A stretch of 63,464 bases of DNA, filler included. It is 3 parts of 3 records of this genome, joined end to end, with 100 filler letters (N's around TTAATTAATTAA, not from the genome) between each part and the next. Parts side by side here need not be neighbours in the genome. Positions count along the whole stretch, not along the records: positions 1 to 31,412 come from SRR20825010_844; 2 more parts are not named here. One strand, written 5' to 3'. Positions 1 to 8,439 of the stretch are shown in pieces. The position numbers and the translations under genes are program-made. Numbering within the stretch: the stretch's first letter is position 1; each line of letters begins with the position of its first letter. A model generated the notes under the pieces. That model made no database searches. It saw nothing but the letters and a program-made list of their open reading frames with translations, and was not told where the DNA came from.

Positions 1-65
1 ACAACGAGTGGGGCTTCTCCAACCGCATGTCTGACACAGCGGTTGCGATGGCCAAGTTGGGTTAA
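1..65 (+). CDS. gap: glyceraldehyde-3-phosphate dehydrogenase, 3' fragment (contig edge)
   Basis: Frame from nt 3 reads NEWGFSNRMSDTAVAMAKLG*, the GAPDH C-terminal motif; lies directly upstream of pgk. Confidence 0.9.
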   Translation, partial: NEWGFSNRMSDTAVAMAKLG

Positions 66-89
66 GGCTCTGGTGAGCTAATCAAATAC

Positions 90-118
90 AGGGCGGCCTT
101 TTCGGTCGCCCTTTTTTG
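90..118 (+). terminator. Rho-independent terminator or processing hairpin after gap
   Basis: AGGGCGGCC/GGTCGCCCT stem followed by a T run. Confidence 0.7.
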
Positions 119-148
119 TCTTTAAATGAATTTTTCGGAGTTATGACA

Positions 149-1312
149 ATGGCTTTCAAGCGCATTTCCGACCTTGGTGACCTGACCGGCAAAATCGCAG
201 TGGTTCGGGTTGATCTCAATGTCCCGATGGCTGACGGCAAGGTGACCGACGATACACGGTTGCAGGCTGTGAAGCCTACCGTTGATGCTGTGGCAAAGCA
301 AGGCGGGCGTTCGGTTCTGCTTGCTCACTTCGGCAGACCCAAGGGGCAGGAAGTGCCTGAAATGTCGCTGAAGCCAGTTGTGCCCGCTTTGGCTAAAGTT
401 CTTGGTCGCAAGGTTGGCTTTGCCGAGCTTTGCGGCGGGCTGCCGGATGATGACGTTGTGGTCATCGAGAACACCCGCTTCCATGACGGTGAAGAGAAAA
501 ACGACCCCGGGCTGGCTGTGAGATTTGCCGCCCTTGGCGATGTTTATATCAATGATGCATTTTCTGCTGCGCACCGCGCACACGCGTCTACTGAAGCGAT
601 TGCTCACCTGCTGCCTTCAGCGGCGGGCGAGACGATGGGGGCTGAGCTGGAAGCGCTGGAGAAAGCCCTGGGTGACCCAGAACGGCCTGTTGTCGCAGTT
701 GTTGGCGGTGCGAAGGTGTCATCCAAGCTGGCAGTGCTTGAGAACCTTGTTGCCAAGGTTGATCACCTGATCATTGGCGGCGGCATGGCCAACACGTTCT
801 TGTTCGCGCAAGGGCACGATATTGGCTCAAGCCTATGCGAGAAGGATCTGAAAGACACCGCGCTCAAGATTATCGATAACGCCAAGGCGGCGGGCTGCAA
901 GGTACATTTGCCAACGGATGTTGTGGTGGCGCGTGAGTTCAAGGCCCATGCCGCGAGTGAGGTTAAAGCGGCTGACGCAGTGGTTGACGGTGAGATGATC
1001 CTTGACGCTGGCCCCGCGACAGTTGAGATGCTGAAGGGCGTGCTGGCGGAATGCAAAACGCTAGTCTGGAACGGCCCGATGGGCGCGTTCGAGATGGAAC
1101 CGTTTGATATGGCCACGGTTGCCCTTGCCAAGGCCGCTGGCAAGCTTACCGACGAAGGTAAACTGCTAAGCGTTGCCGGTGGCGGTGACACCGTGGCTGC
1201 CCTCGCACATGCTGGTGTGAAAGACAGTTTCACTCATATCTCCACAGCGGGTGGTGCTTTCCTTGAGTGGATGGAAGGCAAGCCTCTACCGGGTGTTGAA
1301 GCGCTTGGTTAA
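149..1312 (+). CDS. pgk: phosphoglycerate kinase
   Basis: [40 protein letters not shown] and STAGGAFLE motifs; GGAG SD at 137-140 favours ATG 149. Confidence 0.97.
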   Translation: MAFKRISDLGDLTGKIAVVRVDLNVPMADGKVTDDTRLQAVKPTVDAVAKQGGRSVLLAHFGRPKGQEVPEMSLKPVVPALAKVLGRKVGFAELCGGLPDDDVVVIENTRFHDGEEKNDPGLAVRFAALGDVYINDAFSAAHRAHASTEAIAHLLPSAAGETMGAELEALEKALGDPERPVVAVVGGAKVSSKLAVLENLVAKVDHLIIGGGMANTFLFAQGHDIGSSLCEKDLKDTALKIIDNAKAAGCKVHLPTDVVVAREFKAHAASEVKAADAVVDGEMILDAGPATVEMLKGVLAECKTLVWNGPMGAFEMEPFDMATVALAKAAGKLTDEGKLLSVAGGGDTVAALAHAGVKDSFTHISTAGGAFLEWMEGKPLPGVEALG

Positions 1313-1336
1313 TATTCTACGAGGTTGCGAATCACC

Positions 1337-1369
1337 AGAGCCTCCGATGGTTTCATCGGGGGCTTTTTT
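1337..1369 (+). terminator. Rho-independent terminator after pgk
   Basis: AGAGCCTCCGATG/CATCGGGGGCTTT stem followed by T run. Confidence 0.75.
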
Positions 1370-1403
1370 GTACCCCGAGTCGGCGCGGGTGATTTGACTG
1401 TGA

Positions 1404-1423
1404 AATTGACAGCGCTGCCAATT
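1404..1423. promoter_or_regulatory. LacI-family-like operator upstream of fbaA
   Basis: AATTGACAGC|GCTGCCAATT palindrome, central CG, one mismatched pair; contains TTGACA. Confidence 0.55.
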
Positions 1424-1588
1424 CAGGCTGATGGGCAAGATTGTGTTAAATACCGATGAAACTGGACTTTTTCGGCCGTTCGCGCGTTGCGGCAAGAGGT
1501 GCATTTGTGTATCAAGGGGCCACCGATTTCGCAAACGCAACAAAAAGAAGATCGGGCCCCAATAAGCTGGAATATACAGGGAAATACC

Positions 1589-2653
1589 ATGAAACCAGGT
1601 GTCGTATTTGGCGAAGAGTATGCTGCTCTTGTCCAGAACTGTAAGGATCAGGGTTACGCGCTGCCCGCGGTTAATGTGGTGGGAACAAACTCCATCAATG
1701 CCGTAATGGAATCAGCCGCAAAAAATCGCTCTGACGTCATCATCCAATTCTCAAACAGCGGCGCACAATTTTATGCAGGCAAGGGCATGAAGGATAGCTT
1801 CGGTGCCAAAGTGCTGGGTGCTGTATCTGCCGCCCGCCATGTGCAACTGCTTGCCGAGCATTACGGAATTTGCGTCATTCTGCACACAGACCACGCGAAC
1901 CGCGGCCTTGTGCCATGGGTTGAGGCGCTGGTTGACGAGAGCCGTAAAAACATAAAGCGCGAAGGTATGCCGCTTTATACCTCGCACATGCTGGATCTTT
2001 CTGAAGAGCCGATTGACGACAATCTGGAAACATGTGCTCGCGTGCTGAAAGACATGACGCCCCTAGGCATGAGCCTTGAGATTGAACTGGGTGTCACCGG
2101 CGGCGAAGAAGATGGTGTTGGATCGGACGTGGATGACGATTTTGAAAACCCAAGCCTCTATACCCAGCCGGAAGATGTGCTTAAAGCATATGACCTGCTC
2201 ACACCGCTTGGTCATTTCTCTGTCGCGGCATCATTCGGCAACGTTCACGGCGTCTATAAGCCCGGTAACGTCAAGCTGCGTCCTGAAATTCTCAAGAACA
2301 GCCAGTCGCTTGTTATGGCTGAGCGCGGGACGGCGATGAACCCGCTCAACTTCGTGTTCCACGGCGGTTCGGGCTCGGAAAAAGAGAAAATTACCGAAGC
2401 TGTGGGTTATGGCGTGTTCAAAATGAATATCGACACGGACACGCAGTTTGCTTTCTCAAAAGCGGTTGGCGGCTATGTTGAAGGCAACGCTGACGCTTTC
2501 AAATGGCAGGTACACCCTGAAACGGGCACGCCCTTCAAGAAGCAATATGACCCTCGTGTCTGGCTCCGCAAATGCGAAGAATCGATGGCGGCACGCCTTG
2601 ATGAGGCCTTTAAGGACCTCGGCGCGCAAGGGAAGTCGATGGCAGACGTGTAA
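1589..2653 (+). CDS. fbaA: class II (Zn-dependent, E. coli FbaA-type) fructose-bisphosphate aldolase
   Basis: HTDH, SHMLDLSEE, LEIELGVTGGEEDG, FGNVHGVYKPGNV, VFHGGSGS and KMNIDTDTQ motifs. Confidence 0.95.
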   Translation: MKPGVVFGEEYAALVQNCKDQGYALPAVNVVGTNSINAVMESAAKNRSDVIIQFSNSGAQFYAGKGMKDSFGAKVLGAVSAARHVQLLAEHYGICVILHTDHANRGLVPWVEALVDESRKNIKREGMPLYTSHMLDLSEEPIDDNLETCARVLKDMTPLGMSLEIELGVTGGEEDGVGSDVDDDFENPSLYTQPEDVLKAYDLLTPLGHFSVAASFGNVHGVYKPGNVKLRPEILKNSQSLVMAERGTAMNPLNFVFHGGSGSEKEKITEAVGYGVFKMNIDTDTQFAFSKAVGGYVEGNADAFKWQVHPETGTPFKKQYDPRVWLRKCEESMAARLDEAFKDLGAQGKSMADV

Positions 2654-2680
2654 TCGGTCATCAGGTCACCAAATTTACAG

Positions 2681-2710
2681 ACGGGGCGGCGTTGTTGCTG
2701 CCCCGTTTTT
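2681..2710 (+). terminator. Rho-independent terminator after fbaA
   Basis: ACGGGGCGGC/GCTGCCCCGT stem followed by T run. Confidence 0.75.
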
Positions 2711-2807
2711 CGTTCAGGCATGCTTTTTTGCATGGTATTACTTCCCGCATACCTAAAAATCAGGCATATGCGGGGACGCACAGCTTACTGAAGATGAGGA
2801 GCATACG

Positions 2808-3452
2808 ATGTCGCAAAACCCGGAGGCCTGTCGGCTCTACCTAATCACGCCTGACGAAATTTCAGATTTGGACCGTTTTGCCGCCCTTCTTGATGAAACG
2901 CTGGCGGCGGGGGATGTGGCGTGTCTGCAACTGCGCCTTAAAGGTGCTTCCGATGATGAGATTGTTGCAGCCGCTGAGAAGCTGATGCCTATCTGTCACA
3001 AATACGATGTGGCGTTTTTTCTCAATGACCGTGCGGATCTGGCGGCGCAAGTGGATGCGGATGGTGTTCATCTGGGTCAGGATGATGGCGATGTGCCAAG
3101 CGCGCGCACGCTTCTGGGGCATAGTAAAGACATTGGCGTAACCTGCCATGACAGCATGCACCTTGCCTATAAAGCGGGTGATGAAGGCGCTAACTACGTC
3201 GCGTTCGGTGCCTTTTTCTCGACAGATACCAAAACGACTGAATACCAGCCTGAGCTGGATATCCTGACAGTATGGGATGAAGTGACAGAGCTGCCCTGCG
3301 TGGCCATTGGCGGCATAACGCCTGAGAACTGCGGTGAACTAGCCGAGGCTGGTGCGCATTTCGTGGCGGTATGCTCGGGCGTCTGGAACCATCCGGAAGG
3401 CCCTGCCGCTGCGGTGCTAGCTTTCAATGAGGCGCTTGGCTTAAACGGTTAG
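2808..3452 (+). CDS. thiE: thiamine-phosphate synthase
   Basis: LYLIT, QLRLK, LNDR, DGVHLGQDD, TDTK and AIGGI motifs; GAGGAG SD. Confidence 0.88.
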   Translation: MSQNPEACRLYLITPDEISDLDRFAALLDETLAAGDVACLQLRLKGASDDEIVAAAEKLMPICHKYDVAFFLNDRADLAAQVDADGVHLGQDDGDVPSARTLLGHSKDIGVTCHDSMHLAYKAGDEGANYVAFGAFFSTDTKTTEYQPELDILTVWDEVTELPCVAIGGITPENCGELAEAGAHFVAVCSGVWNHPEGPAAAVLAFNEALGLNG

Positions 3453-3471
3453 ACACAAAAGAATCTTGTAG

Positions 3472-3497
3472 AAAGGGCGGTCAACGACCGCCCTTTT
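3472..3497. terminator. bidirectional terminator between thiE and doxX
   Basis: Perfect AAAGGGCGGTC/GACCGCCCTTT inverted repeat between convergent genes. Confidence 0.75.
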
Positions 3498-3507
3498 GTG
3501 TTTTCAT

Positions 3508-3981
3508 TTAGTATTTTATGCCGAATTTCTGGTCCAGGCTGTAGCGCCCGCCGCCCTTCAGCGCGAAAGAAAAGCCTACAATCGCCCAGAGGATTGGGTA
3601 TTCCCAGCCGCCGTCTGTCCAGAAGAAACCGGTGCCAAAGTGGAAGGTTGATGCAACCGCCAACATCACCGTGATGGCAATAGCGGAAGAGCGGGTGAAC
3701 AGTCCGAGGGCCAGCAGAAGCCCACCGAAAAATTCGACTGAACCTGCACCGAGTGCGGCAAGGTATCCGTTTGAGAAGCCAAGCTGACCCGCAAAAAACT
3801 GGCCTGTTGCCTCAAGTCCGTATCCGCCAAACCACCCAAACAGTTTTTGAGCGCCGTGAGGCATCAGAAATAGCCCCCCTGCGACACGGGTGAGCGTGGT
3901 GCCGATATCAGAATATCCGCCGAGAATGCCCTCAAGGGTCGGTAGGCCGAAGGGACCTTGAGCTGTTGTTTGTGTCGTCAT
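3508..3981 (-). CDS. DoxX family membrane protein
   Basis: HGAQKLFGWFGG, EFFGGLLLALGLFTR, GWEYP and GRYSLD motifs; four hydrophobic segments. Confidence 0.9.
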   Translation of the reverse strand: MTTQTTAQGPFGLPTLEGILGGYSDIGTTLTRVAGGLFLMPHGAQKLFGWFGGYGLEATGQFFAGQLGFSNGYLAALGAGSVEFFGGLLLALGLFTRSSAIAITVMLAVASTFHFGTGFFWTDGGWEYPILWAIVGFSFALKGGGRYSLDQKFGIKY

Positions 3982-4211
3982 TTCAAATCTCCGAATTGCA
4001 TATATGTCGCTTATGTTGTTGGCCCGCGTGGCCTTTGATTATTGCGTTCTCAACAAGGTAGGGTTTCGCACTTCGGGTGAAAATCTCTTTGAATTGAACG
4101 TAGCGTTCGCAAATGCGCAACGCGAACAAGCCATAGCCTTCGCATCAATGTGATTTGCGGGTCAGGGGTCGGGCGTGCCACGGTCCGCACGGCATGAAGG
4201 AGGGAAGGCTC

Positions 4212-4616
4212 ATGTTATCACGCACTGCATCCTGCACCTGCGGGCAACTATCAATCACCGTGGAAGGGGAACCGGGCGGTGTTGGGCTGTGTCATTGCCT
4301 CGCTTGCCAGACGCGAACGGGCAGTGCCTTTGCCTATCTGGCCGGTTTTCGCGGGTCTTATACTGTTACGGGCAGGGCGACGGAATATGTGCGCACGGGG
4401 GATGCTGGTGCTTCATTTTGTTTCCGTTTTTGCCCTGTCTGTGGCAGCACGATCTATCATACGGAAGAAGGTGTTGAGGGTGGTGTAAGTATTGCCGTTG
4501 GTGCTTTTGCGGACCCTGATTTCCCGCCGCCCCAAGACTCGGTTTATGATTGTCGCAGGCATGGCTGGGTAGTCATGCCGGAGGGCGTTAGGGTCTTTGA
4601 CTTGGACCCGGAATAG
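4212..4616 (+). CDS. GFA/CENP-V family Zn protein
   Basis: CTCG, CHCLACQ and FCPVCGS motifs; GGAGG SD before ATG 4212. Confidence 0.88.
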   Translation: MLSRTASCTCGQLSITVEGEPGGVGLCHCLACQTRTGSAFAYLAGFRGSYTVTGRATEYVRTGDAGASFCFRFCPVCGSTIYHTEEGVEGGVSIAVGAFADPDFPPPQDSVYDCRRHGWVVMPEGVRVFDLDPE

Positions 4617-4740
4617 GCCGAGCCATGCGCGGTTCGCACGGCTGCTCCACCACATGTCACCCATTGCATACTACGGTCGAATCTGATACATCGCGGCCCA
4701 ACTTGTTCTTTGACACTTATGAGATATTAAGGGGTGCTCC

Positions 4741-5304
4741 ATGAAAATCGACGGTAACGCCGTTCGTCCGGGTAATGTGATTGAGCATAAAGGTGGCCTG
4801 TGGCGCGCAGTTAAAATTGCCCACACCCAGCCTGGTAAAGGTGGCGCATATTTGCAGGTTGAATTGAAAAACCTCGTAGACGGCACCAAGCTGAATGAAC
4901 GTTTTCGTTCCAGCGAAAAAGTTGAACGCGTGACCCTTGAGCAGAAGGATTATCAATTCCTTTATGTTGAAGGTAACATGTATAACTTCATGGATCAGAC
5001 TACTTACGAACAGATCGCTATCTCCGATGAAGATATCGGCGAAGACAGTGTCTTTCTCCAAGACGGTATGACCGTTGTAATCGAGCTTCACGGCGAAAAG
5101 CCGTTGGGCGTGAGATTGCCTGAAAAAGTAACGCTTGAAGTGACCGAGACCGAACCTGTTGTAAAAGGTCAGACAGCTTCAAGTTCCTACAAGCCTGCTA
5201 TTCTCGAAAATGGTCTGCGCGTTGGTGTTCCGCCTTTTGTTAGTGCGGGCGACCGGATCGTTGTTTCTACCGCAGAGCGTGAGTATGTGAGCCGCGCAGA
5301 CTAA
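4741..5304 (+). CDS. efp: elongation factor P
   Basis: PGKGGA loop, [22 protein letters not shown] and VPPFV motifs. Confidence 0.97.
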   Translation: MKIDGNAVRPGNVIEHKGGLWRAVKIAHTQPGKGGAYLQVELKNLVDGTKLNERFRSSEKVERVTLEQKDYQFLYVEGNMYNFMDQTTYEQIAISDEDIGEDSVFLQDGMTVVIELHGEKPLGVRLPEKVTLEVTETEPVVKGQTASSSYKPAILENGLRVGVPPFVSAGDRIVVSTAEREYVSRAD

Positions 5305-5362
5305 GGTCTGCACGTATCCTTTTTGTTTTGAGTATAACCCGAGAATAGATCGGAGATTTCTA

Positions 5363-6172
5363 ATGGCCCGTCGTTCACCTCTAATGAATGTCATGGTTGC
5401 TGCCGTCCTTAAAGCGAGCCGCAACCTGCGCCGTGATTTTGGTGAAGTGGAGCAGCTTCAGGTTTCCAAAAAAGGCCCTGCTGACTTTGTCTCGCAAGCA
5501 GACAAGCGCGCTGAGAAAATCCTGTTTGAAGAACTTCACCGTGCACGACCCGACTTTGGTTTCCTGTTGGAAGAAAGCGGCGAGGTGAAAGGCAAGCGTG
5601 ATGATGTTCGTTTTATTATCGACCCGCTTGATGGCACCACGAACTTCCTTCATGGGCTGCCGCACTTTGCGATTTCGGTCGCGGTTGAAGAGCGTGGCGA
5701 ACTGACTGCGGGTGTTGTGTACGCACCACTGACAGACGAGCTGTTCTGGGCCGAGAAGGGGCAGGGCGCTTACCTTAATGAAGCACGCCTTCGTGTTTCT
5801 GGCCGCAACAAGATGGAAAACGCGCTTCTTGCCACAGGTATCCCGTTCAAGGGCCGTGGCGATCACGAGACCTTCATGGCTGAAATGGCAGAGTTTATGC
5901 CCAATGTTGCAGGCATCCGCCGCTTTGGCTCTGCAGCCCTTGACCTCGCCTATGTGGCGGCTGGTCGGTATGACGGTTTCTGGGAAGCTGGGCTGTCGAC
6001 CTGGGATATCGCCGCGGGTATCCTGCTCGTGAAAGAGGCTGGCGGTTATGTGAGTGACTACAAGGGCTCAGCCGACATGCTTAAATCCGGCGACATTATT
6101 GCGGCGAACGACCAGCTTCATGCCCCCATGCAGCGTGTGATCAAACGTGTGCATCGCCAAATGGAGGGTTAA
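5363..6172 (+). CDS. suhB: inositol monophosphatase family protein SuhB
   Basis: DFVSQAD, IDPLDGTTNFLHG, RRFGSAALDLAYVAAGR and WDIAAG motifs. Confidence 0.93.
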   Translation: MARRSPLMNVMVAAVLKASRNLRRDFGEVEQLQVSKKGPADFVSQADKRAEKILFEELHRARPDFGFLLEESGEVKGKRDDVRFIIDPLDGTTNFLHGLPHFAISVAVEERGELTAGVVYAPLTDELFWAEKGQGAYLNEARLRVSGRNKMENALLATGIPFKGRGDHETFMAEMAEFMPNVAGIRRFGSAALDLAYVAAGRYDGFWEAGLSTWDIAAGILLVKEAGGYVSDYKGSADMLKSGDIIAANDQLHAPMQRVIKRVHRQMEG

Positions 6173-6194
6173 TATCCAAACATTAATGTGTATC

Positions 6195-6222
6195 AAAGGC
6201 CGCCTTTCGAGGCGGCCTTTTC
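6195..6222 (+). terminator. Rho-independent terminator after suhB
   Basis: AAAGGCCGCCT-TTCG-AGGCGGCCTTT hairpin with TTCG loop. Confidence 0.8.
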
Positions 6223-6391
6223 CGTTGTGCGGTGTCAATTTCTTGTAATTTATAGATGAATAGCATTGGATAGGGGTTCACATTGGTTTACTTCATTTTT
6301 GAATAGCTGGCATACGCGTGTGTGCCTTTGAAAAACCTTGAGAAACGCGGCGCGGGGCCTATTGTTACCCCTGCAGCGAGGAGGACATATC

Positions 6392-7090
6392 TTGAGAGAC
6401 GAGATTACCATTATTGGTACCCCAATTTCCCCATATGTCCGTAAGGTTCTGGCGATTCTGGACATAAAAGGTGTGCCCTTCCGCTGCATCCCCCTTGTGC
6501 CCTTTCGGGCAGAAGAAGACTTTTCCGAAATCAGCCCTTTAAGGCGCATCCCAGTGATGAGGGTTGGTGATTTTACTATCCCAGACTCGAGTGTGATCGC
6601 GCAGTATCTTGAAGAGCGTTTCCCGGAGACAAGGGTTTATCCGGAAAATCTGGAGGCGCGGGCTCGCTCGCGTTGGTTCGAGGAATATGCTGATGATCAT
6701 TTCGGTCGCAACATCATCTTTAATCTCTTTTTCCAGAAGCGCGTGAAACCAGCGGTCCTCAAACAGGAACCGGACCAGGCGCTGATCGATAGTGCGCTCA
6801 ACGACCATTTCCCCAAGGCGCTGGATTATCTTGAACGGGAAGTCCCGGATGAGGGTTTCCTGTGTGGCGACGTTAGCGTAGCTGATTTGATGATTGGTGC
6901 GATGGTCCGAAATGCGGTGTGGGCTGACTGGAGGCTAGATGAAGCGAAATGGCCAAGGTTTGCAGCTTATCTGAGCCGTGTAAACGCCATACCGTCGCTT
7001 GCGAAAATGAATGCATTGGCTGATGAAATGTTACTTGCGCATCCAAAACAGCACCAAGAGATTATGGCTAAGCATTTGCAGGCTGCGTAA
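6392..7090 (+). CDS. glutathione S-transferase family protein
   Basis: SPYVRKV, SPLRRIPV, DSSVIAQYLEE and SVADL motifs; AGGAGG SD before TTG 6392. Confidence 0.9.
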   Translation: MRDEITIIGTPISPYVRKVLAILDIKGVPFRCIPLVPFRAEEDFSEISPLRRIPVMRVGDFTIPDSSVIAQYLEERFPETRVYPENLEARARSRWFEEYADDHFGRNIIFNLFFQKRVKPAVLKQEPDQALIDSALNDHFPKALDYLEREVPDEGFLCGDVSVADLMIGAMVRNAVWADWRLDEAKWPRFAAYLSRVNAIPSLAKMNALADEMLLAHPKQHQEIMAKHLQAA

Positions 7091-7215
7091 AGAGCCCGGT
7101 TCTCCGCCATATTTTATCACCCCGTAAATCGCCATTTACAGTCATAAAATTGCCCTTAAACTATAGCCAAGTATTTGGAGTAGTTTGAATTCCACCGTGG
7201 GGAAGCGAGGGCACG

Positions 7216-8439
7216 ATGCAAAAGCCGAGAAAGTTTATCATTCGCATGACACTGTTCCTTGCAGCAGTGGTTGTGCTCGTGGCGCTTCTCAAGGATGCGA
7301 TGATCGACGCCTTCATGGCGAATGTTGCGCTGAACGGTGTGATTGTGGCGACACTTCTGATCGGGACTGTATTCGCCTATCGCAGGGTGTTTGACCTTTC
7401 CCCCGAGGTGGAATGGATCGCAGCGTTCAAGCGACACGAGAGCGCGTCGGCAAGCGTTACACCGAAGCTGATGGCACCTGCCGCTGCCCTATTGTCCGCG
7501 CAGGAAGAAGGTGGCATGCGATTGTCCACGCTTTCCATGCGCTCAGTGCTGGACGGCATTATCTCCCGCCTTGAAGAAAGCCGCGAGATCAGCCGATATT
7601 TCACCGGACTTCTGATCTTCCTCGGGCTTTTGGGTACGTTCTGGGGCCTCTTGGGCACTATTGGTGCTATTGGCAAAACCATTAACGGGCTGACCGTGGA
7701 CGGGGGTGACATGGCGCTGATGTTTGACGAGTTGAAAGCAGGCCTTGAAGCACCACTTGCCGGTATGGGCACCGCATTTTCAAGCTCGCTCTTTGGTCTC
7801 GCCGGTAGCCTTATCCTCGGTTTCTTGGATCTGCAGGCCAGTCAGGCGCAAACCCGGTTTTATAATAACGTTGAGGATTGGCTTGCGTCTGTCACACATC
7901 TGTCGCGCTCTGAACTCTCTGAAGGCATGGCGAGCCCCAACGCTTACATGACAGCCTTGATGGAGCAGACAGCAGATGGCATAGACCGCCTGCAGCGTAC
8001 ACTCAAAAGCTCGGAAGACAGCCGCAGCCAAGCACAGCATACTATGACCTCTATTGCCGAATCGCTTGCCATGCTCGCCGATAAAATGGATGCACAAAGT
8101 GCCCATATAGCAAAGGGTGACGAAGCATCAAAAGCGCTGGCGTCAGCCATTGAAAAGCTGGCCACTGCTCACCGGGCACCGGAAGCGCCTGTGGTATCGC
8201 CCGCGATGGATGAAGCCACCAAAGGCCATATTCGCAACCTGGATGTGGGTATCAAGCGGCTTATTGATGAGCAGGAACGCAATTCTGATAATATGATTGA
8301 AGCCTTGCGGGCTGAACTCAAACTGCTTTCCCGCACCATTGCCGCAGGCATGGACGGTAATGCGGCCCCTGCCAAGATGCCGTCTCGTCCCACGGGCCTG
8401 AGCGCGCGGCGTGATGATGACGGAACACCAGACGCATGA
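7216..8439 (+). CDS. MotA/TolQ/ExbB/ZorA-superfamily ion-channel subunit with long C-terminal helical tail
   Basis: Two N-terminal TM segments plus the channel hairpin GLLIFLGLLGTFWGL...GMGTAFSSSLFGLAG; about 200 aa of helical tail; ATGA overlap with the next gene. Confidence 0.85.
   Translation: MQKPRKFIIRMTLFLAAVVVLVALLKDAMIDAFMANVALNGVIVATLLIGTVFAYRRVFDLSPEVEWIAAFKRHESASASVTPKLMAPAAALLSAQEEGGMRLSTLSMRSVLDGIISRLEESREISRYFTGLLIFLGLLGTFWGLLGTIGAIGKTINGLTVDGGDMALMFDELKAGLEAPLAGMGTAFSSSLFGLAGSLILGFLDLQASQAQTRFYNNVEDWLASVTHLSRSELSEGMASPNAYMTALMEQTADGIDRLQRTLKSSEDSRSQAQHTMTSIAESLAMLADKMDAQSAHIAKGDEASKALASAIEKLATAHRAPEAPVVSPAMDEATKGHIRNLDVGIKRLIDEQERNSDNMIEALRAELKLLSRTIAAGMDGNAAPAKMPSRPTGLSARRDDDGTPDA

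Noticed and set aside
2654-2807. TPP riboswitch upstream of thiE
   Set aside because: No CUGAGA/AUACC-type core is recognisable; the region holds only a terminator and a short spacer
4741-5304. Unusual EF-P or missing modification genes
   Set aside because: Both EF-Ps carry the ordinary PGKGG lysine loop; absence of epmA/B within a partial contig is uninformative
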